Positions 17,404 to 27,863 are shown, counted from the stretch's first letter. The stretch: 64,000 nt of DNA from Alphaproteobacteria bacterium (GCA_965205905.1 CBDBHZ010000012.1:7869-71868), one strand, 5' to 3'. Notes: a model not told the origin generated them from the letters alone. Numbers and translations are program-made.

Positions 17404-18957
17404 ATGTGGCTACAAAAATTGAGATGCGTTTTCAAACCATTACTCAACATTAGCGTGTTACTATTTACAATGCTGTTTAGTGGCGCGTTTTTACTAGATA
17501 TGTTGGAACGTAATGGGCAATTTATGACTCCGAGTGATATGGTCTTATTATTTCTTTATGGCAGTATTATCTTATTATTGCAATATTTTATTGCCCTTAA
17601 AATTAAACCATATTGTAAACATATCAATTTTTATTACGGTCTTATCACATTATTTTTTATCGCCAATGTGCTTGGCTTTTACTTATTAAGTTACGGGCGA
17701 TATATACAATCATCATTGTTTGGACAGTTCATAACCATGCTGATCATTGGCGGGGTGTTTTACATCATTATCAAATATAGTGAGAAATGGGTGTTTTTTA
17801 TCACATTATTGGTGGTTTATTCATTGTTTATTGCAGGCGCAACATCAGGTAAAACAAAAATTCTTGATAAAATAAATGTAAAACAGATTGAATTGCCCTC
17901 AAATTATATACCGCAAAGTTTTATCAAAAAACCTAATATCTATCTGCTTTCGTTCGATTCCATGATGCCCTATAATATAGCGCAAAAATTTCTTAATTTA
18001 CAGCCATCAGAAATGCCTGAATATTTTAATATCTTGCAACAAAATGAAGCTGTTATCATCCCTAATGCTTTTTCATATTTACCAAGAACTCATGGTGCGT
18101 TCTCATCATTGCTCGCGTTGGATATTGAATGGTATAATACAATATATGGCGCGCAAGAAAGCTATGGTGGCGAAATGATAACGGGTGCGCGCTGGACACC
18201 TGCCTATGATATTTTTGACCGCAATGGTTATGATTTGCAGATGGTTTATGAAAGTGATTTCTTTCGTAGTCCCTTGCGAAATGGAAGCAAAAAAGTAACT
18301 TATTGGTATAAAACCAGTGGAGAAGGGTTTTGCAAACATATCGATATTGCTTACTCATTATGGGGCTATTGTGCCATCAAATCTGTGTTTGTTAAATATA
18401 ATAATGCGAATAATAAGATTGATAATATCTATTATGATAGGTTGCAAGCGGCCGCACAATCAGCAAAGCCAACATTCACGCTTGCTTATACGTATCACCC
18501 AGGGCATACGGCACTCTCGCATAATGGCAATGATTTAGAACAAGTGGCGAAATATAAGAATAAGTTTATGAGGCGGAGTAAGGTTGCCGCACAATATTTG
18601 CAAAATTATATTGATATTATTCGCGCTGATGATAAGGATGGTATCATCATTATTTTTGCCGACCATGGCGCTTGGGTAACCAGAGGCATTGATGTTGATA
18701 ATATACCAGCCGATAGCCGTTATAGCAAAGCAGATATTATCCAAGATAGATATGGTGTGCTGATGGCAGTGCTTAACCCACATGCCTCTACGCCAGATAA
18801 TTGCCAAATTGCTGGCAAAATTGTTACCACATTGCCTGATATGATGCATAATCTTATCACCTGCCTAACGGGTGGCAAGCCAGTATTAGAGACGCAATAT
18901 AATAGCGAAACCGATTTTATTGATTACCTTTACAGTCCGTTAATTGTTGGAAAATAG
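17404..18957 (+). CDS. Membrane enzyme, 5 TM plus alkaline-phosphatase-superfamily domain, paralog 3
   Basis: The ATG is 1 nt after the preceding stop. It is closely similar to paralog 1 along its whole length, with PNIYLLSFDSMMP, LPRTHGAFSSLLALD, HPGHT and FADHGAW. Confidence 0.7.
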   Translation: MWLQKLRCVFKPLLNISVLLFTMLFSGAFLLDMLERNGQFMTPSDMVLLFLYGSIILLLQYFIALKIKPYCKHINFYYGLITLFFIANVLGFYLLSYGRYIQSSLFGQFITMLIIGGVFYIIIKYSEKWVFFITLLVVYSLFIAGATSGKTKILDKINVKQIELPSNYIPQSFIKKPNIYLLSFDSMMPYNIAQKFLNLQPSEMPEYFNILQQNEAVIIPNAFSYLPRTHGAFSSLLALDIEWYNTIYGAQESYGGEMITGARWTPAYDIFDRNGYDLQMVYESDFFRSPLRNGSKKVTYWYKTSGEGFCKHIDIAYSLWGYCAIKSVFVKYNNANNKIDNIYYDRLQAAAQSAKPTFTLAYTYHPGHTALSHNGNDLEQVAKYKNKFMRRSKVAAQYLQNYIDIIRADDKDGIIIIFADHGAWVTRGIDVDNIPADSRYSKADIIQDRYGVLMAVLNPHASTPDNCQIAGKIVTTLPDMMHNLITCLTGGKPVLETQYNSETDFIDYLYSPLIVGK

Positions 18958-18959
18958 AA

Positions 18960-20552
18960 ATGTGGCAACAAAAATCATTCAGAGTTTTCAAAGCATTATT
19001 CAACATTAACCCGTTACTATTTGCCATGCTGTTTAGCGGTGCGTTTTTGCTGGATATGCTGGAACGTAATGGGCGGCTGATTTCGCCTCACGATATGCTA
19101 TTGCTCTTTATTTATGGGTGTTTAATTCTGTTGTTACAATATTTCATTGTTAAAAAAATCATTCCATATTTCAGGCATATTAATATTTATTACGGGCTTA
19201 TCACATTATTATTTATCTCTAATTTGCTTGGCTTTTATTTGCTAAATTATGGGCGCTATATCCAAGCCTCACTCTTTGGGCAGTTCATAACATTATCAAT
19301 AGTCGGGGTTTTGTTTTATCTTATTGTAAAATATAGTGAAAAATGGGTGTTCTTTATCACATTATTGTTGGCTTATTCATTGTTTGTTTCAAGCGCAACA
19401 TCGGGCACGACCAGAATTCTTGATAATATAATCGGGAAAAAACAAGCTGAAATTAAGGCAGTTGAAACCCCCGATGATGAGGCTGATATAATAGGTGACA
19501 CGCAATTTGTAACTTTGCCAGAAAATTATATAGCGCAGGATTTTATCAAAAAGCCAAATATTTATTTGCTTTCATTTGATGCGATGATTCCAGAAAATAT
19601 TGCTCAAAAATTATTGGAACTAAGCCCGAAAGAAATGCCAAAATATTTAGATGTTTTACAAAGAAATAAGATGCAAATTATTCCTCATTCATTTGCATAT
19701 CGGCATGGCACAATCAGTTCGTTTGCGTCAATGTTGGCATTAGATACTGATTGGTATAGCAAAATACATGGTGATGTTAAGTCGCCAGCTGCTGATATGG
19801 TAACTGGCGCACAATGGACGCCTACCTATGATATTTTTGACCAAAACGGCTATGATTTGCAACTGGTTTATAGAAGCGATTATTTTAGTAGCCCACAAGG
19901 TGATGGTAATAAAGTCACTTATTGGTATAAAACTGTCGGTGAGGGATTTTGCGCGCATCTTGATAATCATTATTCATTATGGGGATATTGTGCGCTAAAA
20001 TATTTTTTTGTTAATATTATCAATGCGGATAATGATATTGGCAATATCTATCATGATAGGCTGCAAGCGGCCGCACAATCAGCAAAGCCAACATTCACAC
20101 TTGCCTATACATTTCTTCCGGGCCATACAAGCGCATCGCATAATGGCAATGATTTAAAGGATTTAAGTCGCTACAAGCATCAGTTTTTAAATGCGAGTGT
20201 GCGCGTAGAAATCTGGTTGCAACGTTATATTAACATTATTCGTAAATATGATAAGGATGGCATTATCATTGTTTTTGGTGATCATGGCGCGCATATTACA
20301 CGAGGGGCAGATAATATTGGCGCAAACAGTAGATATAGTAAAGCAGATATTATCCAAGATAGGCATGGGGTGCTACTTGCCACGCTTGACCCGCATGGGT
20401 GTAAGATTGCTGAGCCTGTTGTAACCACATTGCCCGATATGATGCATAATCTTATCACCTGCTTAACGGGTGGTAAGCCAGTGCTGAAACAGCAATATAA
20501 CAATGCGGCTGAATTTGCTGATTATCTCGATGACTCTGTTTCAGCGAAATAA
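18960..20552 (+). CDS. Membrane enzyme, 5 TM plus alkaline-phosphatase-superfamily domain, paralog 4
   Basis: The ATG is 2 nt after the preceding stop. Motifs are PNIYLLSFDAMIP, GTISSFASMLALD, LPGHT and FGDHGAH. An extra acidic insert (..AEIKAVETPDDEADIIGD..) sits between the TM region and the catalytic domain. Confidence 0.7.
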   Translation: MWQQKSFRVFKALFNINPLLFAMLFSGAFLLDMLERNGRLISPHDMLLLFIYGCLILLLQYFIVKKIIPYFRHINIYYGLITLLFISNLLGFYLLNYGRYIQASLFGQFITLSIVGVLFYLIVKYSEKWVFFITLLLAYSLFVSSATSGTTRILDNIIGKKQAEIKAVETPDDEADIIGDTQFVTLPENYIAQDFIKKPNIYLLSFDAMIPENIAQKLLELSPKEMPKYLDVLQRNKMQIIPHSFAYRHGTISSFASMLALDTDWYSKIHGDVKSPAADMVTGAQWTPTYDIFDQNGYDLQLVYRSDYFSSPQGDGNKVTYWYKTVGEGFCAHLDNHYSLWGYCALKYFFVNIINADNDIGNIYHDRLQAAAQSAKPTFTLAYTFLPGHTSASHNGNDLKDLSRYKHQFLNASVRVEIWLQRYINIIRKYDKDGIIIVFGDHGAHITRGADNIGANSRYSKADIIQDRHGVLLATLDPHGCKIAEPVVTTLPDMMHNLITCLTGGKPVLKQQYNNAAEFADYLDDSVSAK

Positions 20553-20575
20553 AATATAAGCACTCATCACTTATA

Positions 20576-20604
20576 TTGACATTATATCAGATTAGAATTA
20601 TGTT
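20576..20604 (+). promoter_or_regulatory. Candidate sigma70 promoter, TTGACA-N17-TATGTT
   Basis: TTGACA (20576-20581), a 17-nt spacer and TATGTT (20599-20604) lie 30 nt upstream of GTG 20635. Confidence 0.4.
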
Positions 20605-20634
20605 ATCCTCATCGTAACATTTAAGGAGAGAATA

Positions 20635-22032
20635 GTGAAAATTATCCTCAAAAAGAAACATATCATCTGGCTGATGATTTTATTATTGACAATTTTATTT
20701 TATTTTGCAGCACAATCCACAGTTAAAACTCCTGCATTGAAAGATAGGCGGATTATTGCTGAAGGCAATGCCGACTTTGCCAGAAAGATTGAAGTATTTA
20801 TCAAAGAAAAAATATTTTATTTCCATAATAAAGAATTAACGGATGTGGCATTATTTCGTGAGAAAAATGGCGGTGCTCAAGCCCCTTTATATATGAGCAG
20901 TCAGCAAAATATCACCGCTAATAATGTGAAAAGCGATAAGATGAAAGTTAATGAACAATCATATCAGGTGAATTATTATAATATTGACTATATTCATCAT
21001 CAGCCACGAGGCTTTGTTGACCATGATGAGAATAATTTATTTTTGATGCATGGTGATGGCTTCCTTGCTTATGTGCCACTAAGTGATTTAACAGCTGATG
21101 GCTTTACACTCACCACCATTCCAACCAATATGCAACAATTTAGAGATAAAGAAGATTGGGTTTTTGATATATTGATTCATGATGAAAAAATATATCAAAC
21201 AAACTCATTCTCTCTATCGGAAGGTTGCTATGGTTTTAGGGTGTTAATGGGTGATGTTAATTTAGAAAAAATCACTTTTAAAGAAATTTTTTCTACAAAA
21301 GAATGTGATGATAGCAGAGATTATACGTCGCCTTACGGTGAGGGCGGTAAAATGGTGGCTTATAAGGATGGCAAAATTTTATTATCAAGGGGCAATATGA
21401 CAGGCGACCCCCAAACAGATGATAATATTGGCAGTAAAATTATTATTTTAGATATTGAGAATGGCAGCTACGAGATTATTTCTAAAGGCCACCGTAATGT
21501 GCAAGGTATCGCGTATGATAGCGAGAAAGATTTACTGTGGTCAACCGAGCATGGGCCGCAAGGTGGCGATGAGCTTAATCTTAATATGGCTATTGGTGGT
21601 GAAATAGAAAATTATGGCTGGCCAGTTGCTTCCTATGGCTGGCCCTATCATCTTGACCCAGACGGTGACGAGCCTAACATATATAAGCAACCCCATGATG
21701 CTTATGGTTTTATAGAACCCTTTATGATGTTCTCGCCCGGCATTGGCATTTGCAATATTATTAAAGTGCCAGCCAGTTTTAATGGGGTGAGTGAGCAGTT
21801 ATTTATAACAGGGCTAACGGGCAGTGATGCATCGCATCGTTCGGGTAGAAGAGGGGTAACGCATCTTATTTTAGATGATGCCAATAATGTGATTGCCCGT
21901 GATGCGTTCAATTTGGGTGGTAGAATCCGCGATATAAACTATAGTGCAACCAACAATCAACTATCAGCATTTTTAGAATATGGCGCAAACCGCCATATCA
22001 AGCAAACCATTATCACGATTAGCCCTGAATAA
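20635..22032 (+). CDS. Membrane-anchored PQQ-dependent sugar (glucose/sorbosone) dehydrogenase-like beta-propeller
   Basis: GTG start with AAGGAG 6 nt upstream and an N-terminal TM helix (IIWLMILLLTILFYFAA). Motifs GHRNVQGIAYD, TEHGPQGGDELN and NYGWP are typical of the soluble PQQ sugar-dehydrogenase fold. Confidence 0.65.
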   Translation: MKIILKKKHIIWLMILLLTILFYFAAQSTVKTPALKDRRIIAEGNADFARKIEVFIKEKIFYFHNKELTDVALFREKNGGAQAPLYMSSQQNITANNVKSDKMKVNEQSYQVNYYNIDYIHHQPRGFVDHDENNLFLMHGDGFLAYVPLSDLTADGFTLTTIPTNMQQFRDKEDWVFDILIHDEKIYQTNSFSLSEGCYGFRVLMGDVNLEKITFKEIFSTKECDDSRDYTSPYGEGGKMVAYKDGKILLSRGNMTGDPQTDDNIGSKIIILDIENGSYEIISKGHRNVQGIAYDSEKDLLWSTEHGPQGGDELNLNMAIGGEIENYGWPVASYGWPYHLDPDGDEPNIYKQPHDAYGFIEPFMMFSPGIGICNIIKVPASFNGVSEQLFITGLTGSDASHRSGRRGVTHLILDDANNVIARDAFNLGGRIRDINYSATNNQLSAFLEYGANRHIKQTIITISPE

Positions 22033-22046
22033 AAACCCAAATCATT

Positions 22047-22077
22047 ATCGGATGCGCCACTAGCGTATCCGATTTTT
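22047..22077 (+). terminator. Possible terminator hairpin overlapping the 3' end of convergent acs
   Basis: ATCGGAT (22047-22053) pairs with ATCCGAT (22067-22073) and is followed by TTTTT. The loop is long (13 nt), so the structure is weak. Confidence 0.35.
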
Positions 22078-24003
22078 AATCAAATCATCTACCACTGAAG
22101 GGTCGGCAAGGGTTGAAATATCGCCCAAACTATCCAACTCATCACAGGCGATTTTGCGTAAAATACGGCGCATAATCTTGCCCGAACGGGTTTTCGGTAA
22201 TCCCGGCGCCCATTGCAATTTTTCAGGCTTGGCAATTTTACCGATATGGTTTGCCACCCAATCCACCAATTCCTGCTTCATCGCATCGCTTGGCTCAAAT
22301 CCATCATCATGCATCAGGGTAACAAAGGCGTAAATGCCGCTGCCTTTCACATCATGCGGATAGCCGACCACTGCCGCCTCTGCCACAGCCTCATGCAATA
22401 CCAACGCGCTTTCAATCTCAGCCGTGCCTAAGCGATGCCCCGAAACATTGATAATATCATCCATGCGTCCCGTAATCCAATAATAGCCGTCTTTATCGCG
22501 CCTTGCACCATCACCGCTAAAATAATAGCCCGGATATTGCACGAAATAAGTATCAATAAACCGCTGATGGTCGCCATAAACCGAACGCATCTGACCGGGC
22601 CAGCTATGCAACACACATAGCGCACCTTCGCCTTCGCCCTCGATAACATTCTGCTTCTCATCAACCAATACAGGTTGAATGCCAAAAAATGGCTTGGTTG
22701 CTGAACCCGGTTTTAAGTCGGTGGCACAGGGTAATGGCGTGATTAAGAAACCGCCAGTTTCGGTCTGCCACCATGTATCAATAATTGGGCATTTTTTCTT
22801 GCCAACATTTTCATAATACCAACGCCATGCTTCGGGGTTAATCGGCTCGCCTACCGTGCCTAACACGCGTAAAGAATCGCGGTCGGTGCGGGCAAGAAAA
22901 CCATCACCCTCTGCCATTAAAGCGCGAATTGCAGTGGGTGCAGTGTAGAAAATTGTTACCTGATGCTTATCGCAAATTTGCCAGAAACGGCTATAATCGG
23001 GATAGTTCGGCACGCCCTCAAACATCAAAGTTGTTGCGCCATTGGCAAGCGGTCCATACACAATATAGCTATGCCCTGTAATCCAGCCAACATCGGCAGT
23101 GCACCAGTAAATATCGCCATCTTGATAATCGAACGCATATTGATGAGTCATCGACGCATAAGTGAGATAGCCGCCCGATGTATGCAACACGCCTTTCGGC
23201 TTACCCGTAGAACCAGAGGTGTAGAGAATAAATAAAGGGTCTTCGGCGTTCATTTCGGCAGGCGGGCATTCATCTTCCACCGTATCATATAAATCGTGAT
23301 ACCACACATCGCGCCCTGATTGCATGTTAATAGAAGCACCTGAATTTTTGACCACCAATGTTTTTTTGATAGTGTGCGCTTGCTTCAAAGCCTCATCAAC
23401 CGTTTTTTTCAATGGCACTGTCTTACCGCCACGAATGGATTCATCGGCAGTAATCACAAAATCAGAGTCGCAATCATCAATGCGCCCAGCAAGTGCAGTC
23501 GCCGAAAACCCACCAAATACGACTGAATGCACTGCGCCAATTCTGGCACAGGCAAGCATAGCATAAGCGGCTTCGGGAATCATCGGCATGTAAAGCGTTA
23601 CGCGGTCGCCACGTTTTACCCCGATATTTTTCAACACATTGCCGAATTTATTCACCTCGTGATATAGCTCTAAATAGGTGATATGGCGTGATTTTGTTGG
23701 GTCATCACCCTCCCAGATGATAGCGGTCTGCCCCGCGCGATTTTTCACATGGCGGTCAACGCAATTATAACAGACATTCAACACGCCATCATGGTACCAG
23801 CGCACGCCAAGATTATTTTTATCGTAATTGCAATCCATCACCGCATCACTGCTGTAACGGCGAATCCAGTCTAGCCTATCGCCTTGCTTATCCCAAAAAC
23901 CTGCGGGGTCTTCAATGGAATGTTGATACATTTGTTGGTAGGTTTCGGCATCACATGATGTGCGTCCATCTTTGCGTTGCACGGGATAAAATTCTTCTAG
24001 CAT
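22060..24003 (-). CDS. acs: Acetyl-CoA synthetase
   Basis: 647 aa with the AMP-binding motif [11 protein letters not shown] and a typical Acs N-terminus (..[19 protein letters not shown]..) and C-terminus (..[17 protein letters not shown]..). Confidence 0.96.
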   Translation of the reverse strand: MLEEFYPVQRKDGRTSCDAETYQQMYQHSIEDPAGFWDKQGDRLDWIRRYSSDAVMDCNYDKNNLGVRWYHDGVLNVCYNCVDRHVKNRAGQTAIIWEGDDPTKSRHITYLELYHEVNKFGNVLKNIGVKRGDRVTLYMPMIPEAAYAMLACARIGAVHSVVFGGFSATALAGRIDDCDSDFVITADESIRGGKTVPLKKTVDEALKQAHTIKKTLVVKNSGASINMQSGRDVWYHDLYDTVEDECPPAEMNAEDPLFILYTSGSTGKPKGVLHTSGGYLTYASMTHQYAFDYQDGDIYWCTADVGWITGHSYIVYGPLANGATTLMFEGVPNYPDYSRFWQICDKHQVTIFYTAPTAIRALMAEGDGFLARTDRDSLRVLGTVGEPINPEAWRWYYENVGKKKCPIIDTWWQTETGGFLITPLPCATDLKPGSATKPFFGIQPVLVDEKQNVIEGEGEGALCVLHSWPGQMRSVYGDHQRFIDTYFVQYPGYYFSGDGARRDKDGYYWITGRMDDIINVSGHRLGTAEIESALVLHEAVAEAAVVGYPHDVKGSGIYAFVTLMHDDGFEPSDAMKQELVDWVANHIGKIAKPEKLQWAPGLPKTRSGKIMRRILRKIACDELDSLGDISTLADPSVVDDLIKNRIR

Positions 24004-24094
24004 CTTGCCTCCTTATCGTCATAGCGTCAATATTGATTCTATCATAATATAATTGCAATGATGATGCAAGTACCAAGATACTTGCCACCGTCAT

Positions 24095-24871
24095 TCAGCA
24101 GTCAAACAGCATACCGAATTTTTGAGGGGAAGTTTTGATATTTGCCAGACGCAACATGTGCCACGCCATCACCTGATTGCTAGAAAGCACGGGCTTGTTT
24201 AGAATGGCTTCGGCTTCGGCAATGATTTTCAACACGCGCAGACTGGTGCATGAGACAAACACCGCATCAACCGCATCATCTTTGCCGATTTGCAAAATCG
24301 CTTGTAAGATACTGGCAGGCGTGATACGCGCCACCAGCGAATCTTTGGCTTGGTAAAAACTATGCACGCTTGTGGTGGAAAATCCTGCATCTTGTAGATT
24401 TTCTTGCATAGCAAGCGTTACATCGGGCGGGTAGGGCGTTAGCAACGCGATATTTTTGATACTCAATGCCGATAACGCAGCCTTGCAAGCCGTGATTGGA
24501 TTGGTGGCACGGGCTTTGGGGTGATGGGTTTGAATGATTTTTTCTATTTTTTCCTCGCCAATCATGGTCGCGCCCGACGTGCAGGCATAGCCCACCACAT
24601 CATAGTTGAAATCCTGATTCAGCAATGCGGCGGATATCGGCATTTGCTGTTCCATTGATTTTAGGTTTTCGGGCGTTACATCATCAAAATTGGCAATCCG
24701 CGAATGATAAAGCGCAATCGCACCAGTAGTGAAACCCGCTTCATCATCAAGCGATTGCAAGATGGTAGAAAACTCATGCTCGATGGTTTGGTCGCTTTGC
24801 AACACAATCAAGCCCATTTTGGCTAATGTGCCGTAACCCTCATCAAATTCGCATGGCATTTTGTTTTGCAT
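24095..24871 (-). CDS. Asp/Glu/hydantoin-racemase-superfamily protein (maleate isomerase / arylmalonate decarboxylase-like)
   Basis: 258 aa with two Cys-containing half-site motifs, YACTSGAT and FVSCTSLR, as in maleate cis-trans isomerase-type enzymes. It is the last gene of the minus-strand pyrimidine operon. Confidence 0.65.
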   Translation of the reverse strand: MQNKMPCEFDEGYGTLAKMGLIVLQSDQTIEHEFSTILQSLDDEAGFTTGAIALYHSRIANFDDVTPENLKSMEQQMPISAALLNQDFNYDVVGYACTSGATMIGEEKIEKIIQTHHPKARATNPITACKAALSALSIKNIALLTPYPPDVTLAMQENLQDAGFSTTSVHSFYQAKDSLVARITPASILQAILQIGKDDAVDAVFVSCTSLRVLKIIAEAEAILNKPVLSSNQVMAWHMLRLANIKTSPQKFGMLFDC

Positions 24872-24875
24872 TACA

Positions 24876-26378
24876 TTACCCTAGCGTCGGTAAAGTAAAT
24901 TCAGGGTCTTCGCGTAAGCCGCTAACCCACCGCGTTGTAACAGTTTTGATTTTGGTATAGAACCGAACCCCTTCATTGCCGTGCATGGCATGGTCGCCAA
25001 AGATTGACCCCTTCCAACCACCAAAACTATGAAACGCCATCGGCACAGGAATTGGCACATTCACGCCCACCATGCCCACCTGAATATGACGCGCAAAATT
25101 ACGCGCAGTATCGCCATCGCGGGTAAAAATTGCCGTGCCATTGGCGTAGTGATGCTGATTGATAAGCCGAACCGCCGATTGATAATCGGGTTTACGCACC
25201 ACACTTAATACAGGTCCAAAAACCTCTTCTTTCCAGATACGCATTTCTTCGGTAACATTATCAAACAGAGTGCCACCCAAATAATAGCCATTTTCATAGC
25301 CCTGCATTTTTTGCTGAAAATTTCTGCCATCTAGCACCAAAGTTGCGCCCTCTGCCTCGCCACTATCGATATAAGATGTTACCTTATCGCGATGTTGCGC
25401 CGTTACCAAAGGTCCCATTTCAGTGGCTTTATCATTGGCTGGACCAATCTTTAAGGCTTCTATTTTGGGCGTAAGCCTTGCAACCAAAGCATCTGCCACC
25501 GCATCAGTAACTGCCACTGCCACCGAAATTGCCATGCACCTTTCGCCTGCCGAACCATAGCCAGCGCCCATCAGCGCATTGACTGCCATATCCATATCGG
25601 CATCAGGCATGATAACCATGTGATTTTTTGCACCGCCTAATGCTTGCACACGTTTGCCATTTTGCGTGCCAGTTTCGTAAATATATTTGGCAATAGGCGT
25701 AGAACCAACGAACGAAACCGCCTGCACATCAGGGTGAGTCAGCAACGCATCAACCGCCACTTTATCGCCATGCACAACGTTAAACACGCCATCGGGCAAG
25801 CCCGCTTGCTTCAGCAAATCGGCAATCATCATGCTGGTTGATGGGTCGCGTTCCGAAGGCTTCAGCACAAATGTATTGCCACAACCAATCGCGATTGGGA
25901 ACATCCACATTGGCACCATCGCAGGAAAGTTAAAGGGCGTGATGCCCGTTACCACGCCCAATGATTGGCGCATATTATAGCTATCAATATTGGTGCCGAC
26001 TTGGTCGGAATAATCCGATTTCAGCAAGGTTGGAATCGCGGTTGCAAATTCCACCACCTCAATCCCGCGCGTGATTTCACCCAGCGCATCATCGTGGGTT
26101 TTGCCATGTTCGGCTGAGATTACCTTTGCCATTGCATCGGCATTATCCCATAATAATGTTTTGAACCTATCCAAAATGCGCGCACGTTTTAGGGGAGGCG
26201 AATTCGCCCATGCGGGGAAGGCAGTTTGCGCCGCTTGCACAGCTTGATTCACCGCAGCTTCATCAGCAAGCACAACTTGTTTCTCTGATTTTCCTGTGGC
26301 AGGATTCCAAACATCTTGCGTCCGCCCTGATTGTGAGGTGGAAATTTGATTGTTAATCCAATGGTTGATTTGTGTCAT
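24876..26378 (-). CDS. mmsA: CoA-acylating methylmalonate/malonate-semialdehyde dehydrogenase
   Basis: 500 aa of the aldehyde dehydrogenase family, with ..FVGSTPIAKYIYETG.., ..GGAKNHMVIMPDAD.. and the catalytic Cys in ..AGERCMA... Confidence 0.88.
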   Translation of the reverse strand: MTQINHWINNQISTSQSGRTQDVWNPATGKSEKQVVLADEAAVNQAVQAAQTAFPAWANSPPLKRARILDRFKTLLWDNADAMAKVISAEHGKTHDDALGEITRGIEVVEFATAIPTLLKSDYSDQVGTNIDSYNMRQSLGVVTGITPFNFPAMVPMWMFPIAIGCGNTFVLKPSERDPSTSMMIADLLKQAGLPDGVFNVVHGDKVAVDALLTHPDVQAVSFVGSTPIAKYIYETGTQNGKRVQALGGAKNHMVIMPDADMDMAVNALMGAGYGSAGERCMAISVAVAVTDAVADALVARLTPKIEALKIGPANDKATEMGPLVTAQHRDKVTSYIDSGEAEGATLVLDGRNFQQKMQGYENGYYLGGTLFDNVTEEMRIWKEEVFGPVLSVVRKPDYQSAVRLINQHHYANGTAIFTRDGDTARNFARHIQVGMVGVNVPIPVPMAFHSFGGWKGSIFGDHAMHGNEGVRFYTKIKTVTTRWVSGLREDPEFTLPTLG

Positions 26379-26399
26379 GTTACTTCCTTAATATACGTT

Positions 26400-27863
26400 T
26401 TAAATGCCGGCTGGAATGTTAAGCGGGTCACGCTTAATCATTTTTGGGCTGTTTAATTCTTTCCATTTGCTGAGTGCCTGATGTGCCGATGGAAAAGCAG
26501 GGCGCGGCACAAAACGCCCACGACCCGGTTGCGGTTGGCTATTCTGCCCCCAGCTCCATATCACTTCACCGCGCGATAGGGTATAGCGACTTTGCGCCGA
26601 AACCTTAAAGCCTTCAAATACATTATAGTCAAGCACCGAATGATGATTGGCAGGTGAAATGGTTTTGCTGATTTTAGGATCCCATACCACAATATCGGCA
26701 TCAGCCCCCACCACAAGCGCGCCTTTTTTAGGATAAATATTCAAAATTTTGGCGATATTGCTAGAGGTAACGGCAACAAATTCATTTGGCGTTAGCCTGC
26801 CTGTTTCCACACCTTCCGTCCACAGCACGGCAAGGCGTTCTTCAAGACCGTTTGAGCCGTTGGGGATAATTCTAAAATCATTGATACCTGCCCGTTTTTG
26901 CTTGGTATTAAACGCCGCATGGTCGGTGGCAACCACTTGCAGAGAGCCTGATTGCAACCCTGCCCATAAAGACGCCTGATGGTCTTTCGAGCGGAAGGGT
27001 GGCGACATCACACGCCGTGCGGCATGATCCCAATCCTTGTTGAAATATTCACTTTCATCAAGCGTTAAAAACTGAATCAGCGGTTCGCCATAGACACGCA
27101 TTCCTTTTTGCCGTGCGCGCCTAATTGCCTCATGCGCTTGTTCGCACGAAACATGCACAATATAGAGCGGCACACCTGCGGCATCGGCAATGGTGATGGC
27201 ACGGTTGGCCGCCTCACCTTCTAATTCTGGCGGACGCGAATAGGCATGACCTTCGGGCCCCGTAATGCCTTGCTCAAAATATTTTGTCTGTAATTCGGCG
27301 ACTAAGTCACCATTTTCGGCATGCACCATTGGCATCGCGCCAAGTTCGGCACACCGTCTGAAAGAGGCAAACATCTCATCATCTTCAATCATCAGCGCGC
27401 CTTTATATGCCATGAAATGTTTGAATGAATTAATACCCATATCAACCGCGGTTTTCATCTCGGTAAAGATATTTTCATTCCAGCCCGTAATCGCCATGTG
27501 ATAGCCAATATCAGAACAGATTTGCGGGGCAGATTTGCGATGCCACTCATTGATGGCATTCACGATTGAACCATCAGCACCCGGTAAGCAAAAATCAACA
27601 ATCATGGTTGTGCCACCCGTCGCCGCTGCCCATGTGCCAGATTCGAATGTTTCGGCAGCAGTTGTGCCCATAAAAGGCATTTCTAAATGAGTATGGGGGT
27701 CAATCCCACCGGGTATCACATAAGCGCCTTCGGCATCTATCACCGTTTCTGCTTTCAGGTTTTCGCCAATCTCTTTAATGGTTTCGCCCTCAATCAAGAT
27801 ATCGGCTTTATAGCTACGGTCTGCGGTGCAAACTGTTCCGTTTTTAATTACTTTTGACATCAT
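26400..27863 (-). CDS. dht: Dihydropyrimidinase (D-hydantoinase)
   Basis: The track ORF extends to 27932, but that overlaps the upstream gene. ATG 27863 (MMSKVIKNGTV...) lies 2 nt after the upstream stop. Metal motif GGIDPHTHLEMPF is present and similarity to cyclic amidohydrolases spans the full length. Confidence 0.9.
   Translation of the reverse strand: MMSKVIKNGTVCTADRSYKADILIEGETIKEIGENLKAETVIDAEGAYVIPGGIDPHTHLEMPFMGTTAAETFESGTWAAATGGTTMIVDFCLPGADGSIVNAINEWHRKSAPQICSDIGYHMAITGWNENIFTEMKTAVDMGINSFKHFMAYKGALMIEDDEMFASFRRCAELGAMPMVHAENGDLVAELQTKYFEQGITGPEGHAYSRPPELEGEAANRAITIADAAGVPLYIVHVSCEQAHEAIRRARQKGMRVYGEPLIQFLTLDESEYFNKDWDHAARRVMSPPFRSKDHQASLWAGLQSGSLQVVATDHAAFNTKQKRAGINDFRIIPNGSNGLEERLAVLWTEGVETGRLTPNEFVAVTSSNIAKILNIYPKKGALVVGADADIVVWDPKISKTISPANHHSVLDYNVFEGFKVSAQSRYTLSRGEVIWSWGQNSQPQPGRGRFVPRPAFPSAHQALSKWKELNSPKMIKRDPLNIPAGI

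Noticed and set aside
12415-22059. AT-rich island as a prophage, transposon or integrative element
   Set aside because: I found no integrase, transposase, phage gene, tRNA target or flanking direct or inverted repeats. Low GC may partly reflect membrane-protein composition. I keep it as a possible horizontal acquisition only, not as a mobile element.
24067-24088. Hairpin GCAAGTA/TACTTGC downstream of the racemase-like gene as a terminator
   Set aside because: The 7-bp stem is real, but no U-tract follows on the relevant (minus) strand. That is insufficient for a terminator call.
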